Shown piece by piece: positions 36,106 through 50,420 of a DNA stretch of 64,000 nt. The stretch covers positions 1 to 64,000 of the forward strand of contig JADIIX010000031.1 in assembly GCA_027604505.1 (NCBI GenBank). The letters are read 5' to 3'. A program made the translations under genes and the position numbers. Origin of the DNA: Gonapodya sp. JEL0774 (Eukaryota). The notes under the pieces were generated by a model. That model did no database searches, was not told where the DNA came from, and worked only from the letters and a program-made list of their open reading frames with translations. Within the stretch, counting starts at the first letter, position 1. Every line of letters starts with the position of its first letter.

Positions 36106-37804
36106 ATGAGAATGGATGGGAGAGGAATGTGGCCACAGCAGAGGGAGAGATCACCGACTTTCGACTCGAGTACCGAGCAGGAGAGTGGTACAAGCTCATC
36201 AAAAGAATGGCTGCATGATGCCTGGGAGGAGCAAATTTCTGATGAAGCCAAGAGAGCGGCCAAGGGGAACAAGTCGAACACCAGGGTGGCTCCTCAGGCT
36301 TCAAGATCCTCGAGAGGTGGAACTACGAGCCGAGAGCCCCGATCAGGGGCGGGTTTCTACGGACGACAAGCCCTTGCCACTTCCAGAAATGTGATATTTG
36401 CTGAAACGCCGTCTAGACCTGCTACCGGGGAGTTTGGCACAGAGTGGGTCACGGAAGATCATCGGCGCGAGTCAAGACAACCCGCTGAGAGAAAATCAAG
36501 CAACTGGGATCAGTCGAGCACAAATTCAATAAGGGGTCAGGAGTCCCATTTCGATTCAGCCAGGAATCAGTGCCGTGAGACTTGGAGTTCAAGAGTTGAC
36601 ACATCGCAGCATGATAAGGTGAGGATGGTTATATAACATGGTCGACATTAATATTTAGCCTTTAACGGAGGTGTTCCAACCTAATGGTGTGCTTGATTGC
36701 GTCCGTACCCCTGTTGCCTTCGCCTACAGTTTCAGAATCCCACATCCCCCTCAGACAAGGTTTACAAACACTTGGGGGCCTTGATTGAGCCAGCAAGATC
36801 TGCCAATTACGGAGAAGTACCAGTTCAGAAAGTGTACAAGGAATCGGATGCATCGATCGCTCCGGTTTGTGTCAGATATACGTTCATACACCACAACCAC
36901 TGATGACCATCTTTTCCAGGATTCCGTTGGAGATCAGAGGGTTTTCGATTCATCAGCAAAGCCCCCTCTCCCGATCACGCTCAATGCCTCCCCGAGTTTG
37001 GCTATATCTGTTCCACAGATCGGCCAATCCCACTTCACGTGGCCATATCACGAACAACGTTCTCCCATTGGTCGCTGTCGCGATCCGATGGCAGGCTGGG
37101 ATTCTGAGACGAGTGCCAGTCCATTCCAAGTCACCAACCGCCGCTCAAGTGCGGATACGTGGAGCTCATCTCGCAGCGGATCTTCTCTCAACCAGGCTGG
37201 TGGAGGTTCGACCCGACGGCATGTGTACCGACACCTCGGTGCTGATTTGCTACCAACTCCAAGCAGCCACTTCGTTTTCTTTACTTTCCCACGTCAAGTT
37301 GATCCAACTTTAAGGTCTGTTCCCGCTGTTGTCTCAAGAGTAGCGTCCTACTTTGTTCCTTCGTCGACGTTCCCTCCATGTTCCGACGGTGATCCAGGGG
37401 ATATCAGGGAAATCACGTTCGCGGATGAAATGAACTGGGAGAGGTGGGAGAGTATGGTAACAGAGAATGGGCTTGTGAGCGAAGCTGACGCATTGGAGGA
37501 AGGCGAAGTGCTGGATGTGGGACATCTAGAGATCACCGTTGAATCCGATCCGACTGACTATGTCAATCAGTCTTTCGTTGTAGGAGCGCTTTGTTTTCAA
37601 GGATACGATCATCAATGGGATGCCACGCTGGAGCCACTTAGACGGTCCAGGTCAGTTGCAGTTGCGAGGTGGGAAATGGGTGCTGCACAAATGCCTGTTG
37701 TGGCATACCTGGTGTGCAGTGGAATCGCTGGAGGCACGAGATTGAAGATGGATGGAGTGATCATTGGGTGTGACAAGGATGTGCTCGTTTGCGTGATGAA
37801 ATGA
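36106..37804 (+). CDS. Hypothetical multi-exon protein
   Basis: Long ORFs 36106-36636 and 36785-37804 with plausible splice sites; no family recognised. Confidence 0.4.
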
Positions 37805-38215
37805 GGGGTGGTTCGCTCGATTGCAAAACAATTACTTCGCAGATAGATCGATTGCAAGGAGCCGACACAATGTCAAAATAATGCAAGAGTTTCAAATACA
37901 AATGAATTCGGTAACAGCATCACATGCGCAATCCAACGGTTCACCATGCGATCCTGTTTTTTGGTGAGACAGATTCGAGCTAAAGCGGCCGAAAGGCATA
38001 ATCATGTGTCCGGATTTCTAAATTTAAGGTGGAGATAAGATTGAACGATACACTCAATGTGGAAAATAGTTTTCCTATTCAACCTCCTGGGTCAAGGCGA
38101 TCAAGGCTCATGTTTCTAACTTTAGCAACCCCCTTGCATCAGGCTGGAGAGAAAAAGCCTATACGAAGAGCTGCAGTTAAGTCATATCAGAGGCGTGAAA
38201 TTGGCATCAGCATTC

Positions 38216-41200
38216 TCATGAGGGTGCTGTGGTTGACGTCGTGGTTGCAGCCAACGCCGCTAATCTCTTAGCCTCCTTTCTCCGCTTCTTCCTTTCAGTC
38301 TTTTTCCTCCGCAAATCTTTCTTGTGATCTTCTCTTGCCGCGTCGTCTGTAAGTGAAGGTGCATTCTGGATTTTGTTGAGTAACTGGGCAACGCCGAAAC
38401 CAGATGGTACCACTTGTTCAGCAGTTGAAGACGTGGATTCGGATGAAATCGAGGCATTCGGTGATGCTCGCGACGTCACATTAGGAGTTATGCTGTGGGG
38501 TAATCGGGGTGCTTTGCGAGATGTGGGTTGGGAGTTCGGGAAGACGGGGCCATCCTCTTCTTCTGAATCACTGTCAGAAGCGGAAGCAGATCGATCGAGC
38601 GGCTTTTCGATGGATCGTTCATCTAACTCATCACTGTTTTCCACTGCTTCTGGTCCCCGTTTTCGTTTCTTACTAGGGATCACGGTTGACGCAACTCGTG
38701 AATGCATGTCCTGCAAAAACAGCGATCAATGTTCACATCAAATGAAACCATGCAAAAATTCCAAACCACAATAATTGGGTGGCAAACGCTTACCTCTCGC
38801 TCTTCTATAACAGCTCCAGCCCTCTTCGCGAGCATCTCACCGACTTTCTCTTTGGACTCGAAACTTCCCTTTCCATCTTTAACCTTCACCTTCTTCACTT
38901 TGCCTGCATCATATTCTGCATCCCACGAGTCAGGCCTTGCCATTCTGTCGGGTTTATGAGACGCTACTAACGCTGCATCTCGCATCTCTATTCCAAACGA
39001 GTCCGCTCCACCATTGTCAGCTCCATCCAAATCATCCCAGCCCGGTACTGCCTCACCAAACACCAACTCTGTTGCGCGATCATGGAGTGATGTGGCAGTT
39101 TTCGCAACTGCCCGAGACTCTCCAACACGCCTTCCCAATGTCGCGGCTTCCTCCCTCTTCACCACTTCAGCCAGGGCGGCACGTTTGAGACCTTCGGCGG
39201 CATCCCAAGAAACTGCAGGACCTTCAGTAACCTTCTTCGGTCTGACCACCGGGCCTGAATGGAGGTCTTCGGATTCGGATTCTGCCGATTCTCGATGAGA
39301 CCGCTTATCTGTCTTCGAAGACGCTGTAGAATCGCCGTCTCCAGCATCTGTCACCGTCCAACGCGATTTTCCGACCGCAATGGGCCAGGAGGTGATGGGT
39401 ACATCAAGATTGGAAGTGGCCACATTGCCAACGGAATCCTGATCTGGAGAAGACTGCCGCTTGCGCTTCCGTGAATCAGACCGCACCGAAGAAGTCGAAG
39501 CACTTTCGACGGTTCCAGTGGAGAGTGCGATCGGGGTCCCAGAAGAGGATAAGCACTTTGGAAGGTCGTTTTCGATGTTGGAATCCGAAAGTGATGCTGC
39601 GTTCTCTTCTCCTCCTTTCACTTTTGGAGTTGGCGAAACCTCCTCCCGTTGGTTGGGCTGCGGTGGGTCAACATTGGGAGTTTTCCGCTGCTTCAGTGCA
39701 TCAGGGATCTGTTTCTCCACAGGAGCGCTGGCGGAAAGATGGGGTCCCTTCCCTCCTGCTCCGTCGCTTACTTGTTCCGAGTGAAGGAGTGGCTTTGCTT
39801 CCACACTTGGCGGATGAGCCAGGCCCGATGCCCCACTGGAATTGTGGAAAAATCCTGGGGGCAATTCAGGCCCATACACGTTTTTCTTGCGCGCCGCGTC
39901 GTCTGTGACAGGCAGGTGTCCCGGTTCAACTTGTTGGGGTAGTTCAGGGCCATACACCTTTGGTTTACGTGGTGCGTCGTCCATGACAGGCAAATGTCCC
40001 GAGTCAATCTGTTGGCGTGTCATACCTTTCGATAATGCGGTGACCGCTCCATTCACCAGTTTGCCGTTCACTGGAGTGAGGGGTGCGCCACCCCTGCCGT
40101 CCACTCTCACGTAAACCAACAGGTACGCCTCCACACCCTCCACGCCCTCCCATCCGACTCTCCGCACTTCCTCATCATCGTAGCATAGCCACGAAGAGGG
40201 TGTTACCCTAGGTGCATCACCAGGTCGGACGGGAGGTCTGGCTTCGAGCGGCAAAGCAGGGCGGACATACGCGACGTAGTGCCCCGATCGAGTAGAGCGA
40301 CCACGATGTGAGACGAGGCCCGTGAGTGCGTACCAGTGTGGGGGTTGGCGGGAGGTGGTACTCGTAGGGGACATGAAGGGTGAAATGTCAAGTAATGCTG
40401 GGAAGGCAACTCGATGGGACAGCTTTTCTGCGCCACCGTAGCCATATCCTCCGCCACTGCCCATGCCACCGAATCCAAATCTCTTGAGTTGCACGCACAA
40501 CACCTTCGGTGCGCCGTGAATTGTCACCCATTTCTCCGCGTCTCTGGGTACTTTGCACTTGGGACACTTCCATCTTTCCCCACCCGTGAGCTTCTCCTTG
40601 CGCGTAAATCGTTCTAGTGCACGATTTAAAGTGGAGCAGTGGTTGATGTCAAGACTGAGGTCAGATAGGGGGTCGTAGGTAGGGGAAGTTGTTTGACAAT
40701 GGAGGCACGTGAGAAGGGACCGTAGGTGGGAGGAGAAGAGGAGGGATGGAAGAGTGGTCGGCAGTAGTGCGGGGGGGATCCTGGTCATTGGATATCAATG
40801 AAGATGATTTAAAATCGAGGTCAAGCGCGCCGAGAAACGCAACTCACTTCTCACCACCCGCTGCACTCTTCTGCATACCTTCCACCAAATATCGCAAGAA
40901 CTCATGGGCATCTTCTTGCCGGCCAGGACGGAAATGGGGGGCGATCACTGCACAGTATATGGCGCAGATCGGAAACTCGTCCTCAGTTCTCAAAACGCGC
41001 AATCCCGCTGTTACACAAATGCTCAAGGATCCACCGGCTTCGCTATGCCAAAGCACTTCCGGCCTCGCACCGCCAGGTCCACAAGCACTCACCTTTCAAC
41101 CTATCCACAAGTCCCCGTGGGTGTAGTGGACCAGTAACTCCACCACCACTTTGCCCACCACCACCCGCAGCGCCGACCATCCTCTGCACCAGCCTCTCCA

Positions 41201-42037
41201 ATTCGCACGTGACACACCAACCACCTCGCCCACACTTTCCTGCTTCTCTCGACGTCCGCCCGTGGTGACCCGAGGCAAGGTACGCTCCGACGGGAGGCGA
41301 GTGGACGAGGGCTTGGAGAGTTGAGTTGAGGAAGCATGTGTTGCCAAGGTTCACGAAGGAGCGGAGGGGACGAAAGGCGTGAGGCCAGTCAGAGGGTATG
41401 GCTGCCACGGAAAAGAGGTAACGTGACGGTACAGGTGGACCCGGGAGCGAGTTTGGCGGATGAGCTGAGGAGTTATTATGGTGACCAGTTCCGAATCATA
41501 AATTTTGGGGAAATGTATCATTTAAGTTCGAGAAAGATGTCCAAACGTACGCTCTTCTTGCTCTATAGCGGCAATCGATTTCGTCTTTCCCGGTAGCGGT
41601 GGCGGTTCTGCTGATGGGTTGAGAGTCCGAAGTCCCCCAGCTGCGAGGCTACCAGGGCTCGTGTCGTTTGCCCCAGCGCCGTCCGCGTTGAGCTGGTTTA
41701 TGGCCCTATATTTGCGCCGCAACTGGTCATACCCCGCGTCATCATTATCTTTGGCCCTTTTGAACGCGATGGACCTCGAAAAGATGGGGTGCGTGCGCTC
41801 GAGCCGTTCGCCGTCCGCTTGACCACTCGCGTTGCTGGCCAGGATCTTGTCAATGAGAGCCCCCTTTCGGCTCTGACTTTGATTCTCGCCCGGCTCCAAG
41901 TTCGGTTCGTCTAAAAGTTTGCTCGTCGTCCTCGAGAGTTTCTCTGCTCCAGCTGTCCCCGTCCCGTTCACGTAGATCGTCGACATCGTCGCGAGACTCG
42001 GCGCCTCCGTGGCCGTCATAGTGCTCGCGCTAACCAT
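38216..42037 (-). CDS. Ubiquitin-specific protease (peptidase C19, USP36/USP42-like), multi-exon
   Basis: Cys box FVNLGNTCFLNSTLQAL, GRQEDAHEFLRYL, KVLCVQLKRF, His box HRGRSTRSGHYVAYV, WLCYDD; basic C-terminal tail. Confidence 0.95.
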
Positions 42038-42393
42038 TTCCTGAACAGATGGCTGTTCTTGAATGGACAATCGCCGAATTTCGCCTTTGTAATGGGCAGA
42101 CGCTTGGACCGTCCCGCAATAAAGAAGGGCAAAGGGTGTTTGTTTTTGCCTGGCAGCAAGGAGGGAGGTGCAAAGAGAAAAATCCACCAACGCCCAAAAA
42201 GAGGATTACCAGGCTCACAATGGAATTAATGACATAAATAGCGTTGTTCCTCTAGTTTTTTTATGCCTTATTTGGTGAAGATGAGGACAAGGAGCTGTCA
42301 GTTGGTTTCTTCGGAACCACGAACCGATGCTCTTCTAAATTTGATCTATGACGTCTTGCATGGTTCCAATCCAAGTTATTTGATAGTTCTCGA

Positions 42394-43391
42394 TTACCGA
42401 CTTCCCCCCTCAAATACTACCTCCACGTCCATTTCTGCCTCGCACCCTGTGCCATTGTGTGGACTGCCGGAGGGCACGAGCCCTTTTTCATTCCTCCACG
42501 CTTCTGCAAAATCGTGGAAAAAATCCACCTGCTTTCTGTTGAGAACGTGTCCTCGCCGTTTCCGAACGTGGTGCAGAAGATCGTGGGAGGATTTGGTGGG
42601 GTAGTGGTGGGCCAAGAAACAGAGAGCCGAGAGGGGAGCCCGGCCTAGTCCTGACAGTTGGGAGCCACAAAGGATCGATCGCAATCACAGTGATGGACGG
42701 GTGAGGTCTCGACTCGTACACACCTGCGTGACAGTGCACGGCGACTTTGAATCCTTTACTAATTGTTGCATGCATTCGCTCAACGATGTCTGCCATTTGT
42801 TCGTACATAGGAACCTGGGAGACATGGTGCAGAGAAGGGTGATCAGTTCTACACGGACTGCAGAGGGGATCACCAGCAGCCAGGACAAACGTGCAAGCAA
42901 CATACCTCCAAATCCTCCCAGCACTGATGCAAATGCTCGATCCCCTTTGATGTCAGCTCTTCCGGACGGTAAGAGAGCCCTGGAGCTGTGCGATGAACTC
43001 CGTCCCCACAGGTGCCGTGTTCCCCTGGTTCCTGACAGCAAACCACCAGTCGAATCCCTGCAGCGTAGAATTTGGTTGCAATATCAAACTGAGAGGTATC
43101 GCCAGCCGCGTTATCATCAACAAATTCACTTGAGTTCTGATCGAAACTCAAAGTACCACTCGCCCAATACGGCTGCGTTCCACTCACCTCCTCAAAAACT
43201 CTAGAGCTCGGTCTGCTCATAACTAGCACATCATCGGTGACCCAAGTCGCAAAAAGCCCATTGAAAGCCGTTTCCCTCTTGCCATTTGTCCCTCTATCCC
43301 ATCGCTTGCCGCAATAAGAGCAGCCAGTGCCACCCGGACAGTAGCACCGAGCAGGCTGGACAGTGACCGTTGTACTCGACTGAGCGCTCAT
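42394..43391 (-). CDS. Dual-specificity/tyrosine phosphatase, PTPDC1-like
   Basis: C-x-C-P-GG..C..C N-terminus, GLFATWVTDDVLVMSRPS, QEPGEHGTCG..GLSYRPE; spliced active site VAVHCHAGLGR. Confidence 0.88.
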
Positions 43392-44110
43392 GGCTGTGGG
43401 TTTCTTTTCGACGTCAAGAGATCTGAATATCTTGGTTTCAGAACCGCATTATATGGCCACAAGAGCCCCTCACACTTGTGGAGGAGTCGCAACAAAAAAC
43501 CGAAATTTCAGATTTCATGCAAGCTGTTCGGCAGCTGGAATCTGACCAGGAATGACTACTTCAACCAAAACTTGGGGGTGCAGACAAGAATATCGAATCT
43601 TGAAATGCGGAGTGCTCTCGTGAGAACTCCGCAGAAGGGTTAAAGAAGCAACTTTCAAGTCACCAAAACCGGAGAGTCACCAAGAAAGCCGCTGCTTTTG
43701 ACCAGCGACTGGCCTTGGATGTGAGGGAAGATGAGGGGCTTGATCGTGGGCAGGAAGCAGTCCAGGTCGGGTGTCGCATTGGCGGGAAAGTCGGGTACTA
43801 TAGCACGCCCCGAGAGCGGATATCTGCAGAATGTTATAAAAAACAGCAATGGTTGTGTCCCCATTTTTATCCCCAGCTTGTTGTTTTTCTCTTAGTTTTC
43901 ACGCACTCACGCACCCGAGGCATCGGGAAAAAGGGCAACACTCGAAGACAAGTCTTTGTTGTACATAATTCTGATCCTTGTACTTCAAACAATCCCAACT
44001 TCGCCTGGCGCATTTTCTCGGCCAACATCATCAGCTTTGTCTACTTCGTGGAGTTGTGTGGGTTCGCTCAAGTTGAACGAAAGGAACAATACGGTCCTAA
44101 CAACTGGACA

Positions 44111-46271
44111 ATGGACGCGCACGTGATCGATGCCGTAGAGCAAGGCGATCCGGAAATCGTCAGTCAGCTTATCGCCGCGGGTGGCAATCCCAACGCGCGA
44201 AAGACCGTCACCCTCACCGTCAACGTGCTGATTTCAAAGAGGTTCTTGGGAAAGCGAAAAGTCAAACGGGGCCTGTTCCGTACAGAAGAAGAGGATCTGT
44301 ACGACGAAATCCGCGAGAAGAAGAGCGACTCGGTATTGGGGGAGTCGGCGCTGGCGCTGGCTATTCTGGGTCGAAACACAGCTGTGCTGGAAACTTTGCT
44401 GGAAGCAGGTGCTGATCCAAACCAACCCATCGATTGGAAAAATGCTGATACTGCATCAGTGTGGGATAAAGATCGATGGGAGAAATCCCGCTGGGTGCGG
44501 ACGTATCACGTGGAGAATGCACTCTTGCTCGCCTTGGTAGGTTGCCGATTTCACCGACTGGCGGCAACGCTTTCCCAAGTGGTAGTGATATCACCGAGGT
44601 ATAAAATGCACTCACTAATCTTTATACTCCATCTTCAGGGCCGCGGTGCGTGCCGTGTGACGGATTACGACGGCTCCCCCTCCACGTTCACCCAACTGGC
44701 CGACATGGGGAAGCTCCGTGTCAATTTCAAAGGTGGTGTTATCACAGTGCATAATCCTACCACGTGGCGCGAAGCCTACTGTGAGGCCCAAGTCAGTGCG
44801 GTATCATCGATCGTTGCCACGTTGCTCCAATACGGAGCTCGTGTGACCGAGCAGGCTCTCAAACTTGCAGCTGCGCTCGACTCACCCAGTATTGCAGACA
44901 TGCTCCGCGGCGTGAATGTTTCCGCCGTACCGACGCTCTCCTCTCCGTCAACCCAGCTCCTCTCTCCAACCTCGCTAACTGTGAGCAACCTTCCAGTCGG
45001 CTCTCCCCTGCTCTCCCCATCCTTCGATTCGGCGCCTGCGAACGAAGGAATGGCCACCCATACCGGCAGCCGGAACCGCTCCCCTTCGCTTGCGTCCTCG
45101 TACCAGTCTAATTACCTATCCAGTGGTCATGCAGGGGGTGGGAACGGCTCAGTCACCAGCAAGAGTCGCACCCCTTCTATCGCGTCCTCTTCGATTTACA
45201 CCAACAATCTCCCTACCAGCTTCACACTTCAGCGGCGTATCAACTTTCCCGAGACTGCATCTGGCACAGCGTCGATTCTAGCTCCTTCCATTGTGTCTTC
45301 CGCCAACACCATCACATCCGACAGTGTCACTGTTTCCAGCCGATTGCTAAGCCGCCACAACCCCAGCATCAGAAACCCTATTCTCAATTCCGCTGGCTCC
45401 TTCTCCTCTTTTTCGACAAACAGCATCACGACGCACAAAGAGGTTGACCAGCTCCATCGAGAGATCCGTCGCCTGACCGCCCGTGGTGCCGAAATCCAGC
45501 TTCGTTCCCAGTCCCTCGAGCTCCGTGTCACGCAACTCGAGCAACAAAACGCGTCCCTCTTGTCTCGCAATCAGGAGCTGGAACGGCAGCTGGAAACATT
45601 TCTCCAGAAGCTGGCAGCTGCAGGTTTAGCCGATGGGCTGTCTCAAGCGACCGGAAGGCTGTCCGCGGCACCTCAAGAAGTAAAACATGTGCTTCGTGTG
45701 GTGTCGGACTTCAATGCAAGAGCAGAGGATGAGATTTCAGTGAGGGTGGGCCAGGAGGTGTTTTGCAATTTGGCCTTTACGGACGGATGGGGCTCGGTGA
45801 GTAGCGAATCGGTCCCTCGGTCGCGCAGACGGCACAAGAGCTGAGAGTTTCGGGTATCCTCAACCTGCTCAAACCATGTTTTTGGGAACGTCTCATCACC
45901 AGGGTCTCAACACAACCACGGGTCAGTCTGGCCACTTCCCTCTTCGATGCATAGATCTCAGCTCTGTCGCAGGCATTACGGTCCCGAGCTCGTCCGCGGG
46001 GAACACGTCTGCCACACTGACTTCCAATTTCGACACCTCCACCCTCACCAATGGGCTCACCAGCAATTTTACCTCCGCGAGCTACCCGGCGACGCTCACG
46101 GTCCCTCTGCCACCTAGTATCTCGTCCAAATCCGACGAGGCTCCTGTATCGGTGTCGGTGAAATCTGTGGTCGAAAGTGTGAGTCTGGATCAGAAGTACC
46201 CCTACTTGCCGACTCCTGCAGGTACGGGCAGCAGACCTGCGAGTCCCCTGGAAGTACCAGCCAATGCGTAG
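44111..46271 (+). CDS. Ankyrin - coiled-coil - SH3 protein, paralog 1
   Basis: AVEQGDPEIVSQLIAAGGNPN, GESALALAI..LLEAGADPN, heptad region, VVSDFNARAEDEISV..DGWGS, then after an intron GLNTTTGQSGHFP. Confidence 0.88.
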
Positions 46272-46647
46272 ATGGACTGTTAGACGTGAAATCAGGTGAG
46301 TCCACCGCATATCGTAAGTGGTGCTTGGGAATGGGTGCAGGCGGATCTGGCACTCACCTGGTGTTTTTTCGCTACTCTTTCGAAACACTTCTTGGCTCCA
46401 AAGATGCGAGACCTTTGATTTTGTTGGATCGTTTCATTGTAGTAATAACGGTCATGTATCACCCAGTGAAAATTTGTCCGAATCAATCAAAATAGTTGAC
46501 CAACCAAGCTCTCCACCATTTTGGGATGCGCCGCGGAGTTTTGTTGGTTTGGGGAAAATAAATTCAGCAAGAGGACCTGAGTCCCCAATAAAGCCTCACA
46601 GGCTGAGTTTCTGAAACAAAGACCATCGGATCGTGAGGGGGAAAACG

Positions 46648-48716
46648 ATGGCGACCAATACCCGAAAAATGCTTACGCCCCAAGATATAGAGCTTCTTGA
46701 ATCAGTCGAATCCGGCGACCTGGAGCGGGTGCGGCTTGCACTGGATGAAGGGGCTGACGTGACCGCACGAAAACGAGTGACTTTGATATGTGACATCAGT
46801 AAGGGACATAAAGCTGTTAGCAAAGTCGTCACGAAGAGGAATCTTTTCAGGAAGGATGTGGTCGAGGAAAGAGTCGAAGAACAGGTGCGTTTGGATGTGA
46901 TGCGTTATATCGTTTAATGGGCCCAAGTCGGACCTTATCCAATATCGCAACGATTCGTGATACCTCGCTCCAGTTCGATCATTTGATGGATGTTGGTCAA
47001 GGTGAATCCGCCTTGGCGCTCGCCATCATCAACGGCGATCCCGAAATTGTTCGGGCTTTACTGGACGCGAAAGCCGATCCAAACACACCCATCGAATGGC
47101 AGGTCGCGGATGCACCAGAACCACCAGCTGTGTGGACTTCCGAGCGGTGGAATACTACGAGGTGGGCGAGGACCTACCGGGTCGAGTCGGCGCTGTTGTT
47201 GGCCGTAGGAAGGGGAGCCATTGTCACCGACAGTGATGGGTCCAATGCGGGACAGCAAGACTCCGAGCGCGGTATATTAAGAGTGAACCAAAGTGGTGGC
47301 ATGGTAGCGCTGCGAAACCCAGTGGAACCGGACCATTCTTATATCGAGATGGAGCTTCAACCCCGGCCCGACATAATTCCGCTCCTCGTTGAGTATGGTG
47401 CCCGCGTAACCTCTGATGTATTTCGCGTGGCGAAACTACTTCAGAACGGAGCGGCCATTGAATCTGCACCTGTTAAACCTCCAATACTCCAGCAACCAAC
47501 GCCTGCACCGAGCCGCAACTCCACTATAATTGAGAGTGTCTCACGTTCGAATTCGCTAACACCAAGTGTGTCTGAACCTCACCCCGTGCCAAAGCCTGCT
47601 TTATTTCCCCGATCAACAATCCCTCTCCATCTTCAAGAGCAGCAAAGCCTATGGCGACGGAGTGCATCGCCCAGTGATGCATCTCGAGAGCAAGTCTCGA
47701 TGATTCGTCAGCCGCACTCCTTACCTCTCCACCAAAACCGTCCCCTTACCGTGAGCGAATCAGGTGATCCTGGCCTTAGTCGCCTTCTCATGGGACAGAT
47801 CCAAGCCAACGACGAGCTCAGAAAGGACAACCGTAACTTACGTGGCTTGGCGGAGGAGCTCGCCCGACGGCTCCGTGGATTCGAACAACGGGTGGCTGAA
47901 CTACAAAGTCGCAACGCAGAGCTGACACAGCACAATATGTCGCTGCAGACTGAAGTTCTGGCGCTCCGGCAAAAGCAACATGTCGGTTCTTTGGTTTCAG
48001 GAACACCAGTGGGGTCGGGGACGAGTGTGAAGCAGCTCTTTTATGTGGTGGGCGAGTTCAGGCCTCGGGAACCAGACGAAGTTGCCTTGGACTTCGGCCA
48101 AGAGGTGTTCTGTAGTACCCTTCACGAGGACGGTTGGGGAGCGGTGAGCTTCCAGCTTTCTGAAACTTATGAAATCGGTACTCCTATTCATGTAATGCTT
48201 GTCTTGATCCGCTTATCCTCTCATCCCGTCGTCGATTATCGCAATGGCAAGGGTCTCAATCTCGAAACCAATATCTTTGGCTACTTTCCCATGTCCTGTC
48301 TCAGCCCTATTCCCGCCCCGGGGCCTTCTTCAGTCTTCTTCAACCGCCGAACCGAATCGCTTCCCGCCATCGCGGGATCGTCAACCGTTGAAGAGCACGC
48401 GGAGGACCCTTTCGATACCAGAATCGCCAGGCGTACATTCTCCGAGGTATCCTCCGAGGCTACAGTTTTCTCTAACATCACCGCTGGGAGGGATTCTTCT
48501 CATATCATGGCCATGGCAGCAGATTTGAGTAACGGCATTGCCGCTGCGGAACCGTCGATAGGACCGGTGCTTGGGCTCGATCGTAAGAGGGCGCCAAAAC
48601 AGATGAAACGAACAGAGTCTACAGTCGCTTTGGGCCGAGAAGAAGAGGAGGAAGATGGCATTCGGGGAGACCACGAGTTGGCGTTTGCCGAGCCAACCTC
48701 CGCCCTGGAAACATAG
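46648..48716 (+). CDS. Ankyrin - coiled-coil - SH3 protein, paralog 2
   Basis: SVESGDLERVRLALDEGADV, GESALALAIINGD, coiled coil, FRPREPDEVAL..DGWGA, then after an intron GLNLETNIFGYFP. Confidence 0.88.
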
Positions 48717-49114
48717 AAGGGCGAGCTTGATCGGAAGCGCCGTCGATTTTGGCTGACATTTTCCCCCACGTCTCGTCAGAAGTACTACCTTGGATGCATC
48801 GAGTTTGTTGTCAATCGCGTTTCCACTGGACATGTAGATTGACCTCCGGATAGCAACGCATCTGCCAACATAGATCTTTGAATGAGTGACGAGCATCGAC
48901 ATCCTCGGCGTATAGCTGCAAATTTATATTTTTCAAAAGTACTTATGTTTGACATGCACACCTTGAATACGAACTATTTATGGTCACTCTTGCCCAATTG
49001 CACTCCACATGATACCACTGGGTGCACCCAATGTATCAACTCGTATTCACAACTACGAGGGTAACTTCATATTTTCATAATCCATTTCACCTCCAACTCG
49101 CTTCACCTCCGATC

Positions 49115-50420
49115 CTACGTCCCTCGTCCCAAAAAATCTTCTGGAAACATGCCAACTTCTCCTGTGTCGATATTTTTCCCCCATGCCCATCCATCTCCGT
49201 ACGATTTTAATAACGCGATTTGATTTCCAGGTTTTAGTGTAAGATCTCCCGCAAAATGAGCCTTGTATTCTTCGCGGGCGTATGTAAGACCGTCAGCTGG
49301 CGGATTGAAGATGAGCGGGTATGGAGGATCCACTGAGATACTCGTGCCGTTCACCGGCTCAATGTGAAAAGAAGGCTCGCGTACGCTCGCTATTCGAGAG
49401 CGCGGTGGTGGTGGGCGGTCAGAGACAGAGCCAAACGCCGATTCCCGAGGAGAAGGAAGTGCACCGTAAGGTGGTTGGCGCACGTCCGCCAATGCCAAGG
49501 GTAGAGTGTCTGGGAAAGAGCCTGGGAGCTCAAGCAAGGTATGTTCAACATCATGCAAATTGTTTGCTGTCCTGATCTGTTGTGCTGGAGAGGCACCTCC
49601 TCGAACCTGACATCCGTAAACGGGATCCAGCAGATGACTGTACTGCATAAAACTCATAATATTAACACACTCACCTTGGTTTCTCCATTCTCAGAGCAAC
49701 GTTGATTCTTCCAAGTTGCAGCGCCAATCAATGTGAGGAGAACCAACGCCACCAGGCCGGCTGCGACAATTCCTCCAACTGCGCCTGCTGAGATGCCAGT
49801 CGAAGAGGGATTTGCAGATCTTGCAACGTCCGTTGCCGCAGCTGAATTGAATGCGGACTCTGTTGTTGTTGGAGCGACACCTTCGGTCACTTCACTAGCC
49901 GGTACTGCAGCGAAGTCGGTGGTCTGTGATGGTGGAGACTGAGATATAGATTCCGCACCTTCAGTCGCTGCGCGGCCATCTGTAAGTGTGTACTGGACAA
50001 TCTGGGCTGCCTTATTATACCGTCGATAGGAATGAATTTCAATGCTTCCCTTCATGGGAAAGTCAGAAATGAAAATGGTGATGCTCACCGAACACGAATC
50101 AAAGCCACGACCAGTAAGATTATCTCGATTCGGAACTCCACGCATGCAAAGAGATTCATCCACAAAGCACCACTATATTGGAGATGTAAGGCAGCGTTGG
50201 AGGTCGTGATCTTGGAACCACCAAATCGTATCTTCCAATATCACAAACCACTCACATTACCTGTTGAGATAACTCCATTATAGCAAGGTGATGTACATAC
50301 GCATCCGTTTTCTGATGGAAACCGTTGGCCGCTTGAGAAACTGATCAGGAGAGTCAACAAGATGACGCCGACAAACGACGCGCCGTGATCAGAGGTCTTC
50401 CGATGGCCTGTTCCAAGCAT
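49115..50420 (-). CDS. Single-pass receptor-like protein: signal peptide, Cys-rich domain, S/T stalk, TM, cytoplasmic SH3
   Basis: ATG 50420 with hydrophobic leader, NGCVCTSPC, WCFVDESLC..TGRGFDSC, TM AVGGIVAAGLVALVLLTLIG, SH3 YAREEYKAHFAGDL..DGWAWGKNIDTGEVGMFP. Confidence 0.8.

Noticed and set aside
43715..44110. N-terminal extension of the 709-aa ORF
   Set aside because: It starts at TTG, and the paralogs begin at the position equivalent to ATG 44111.
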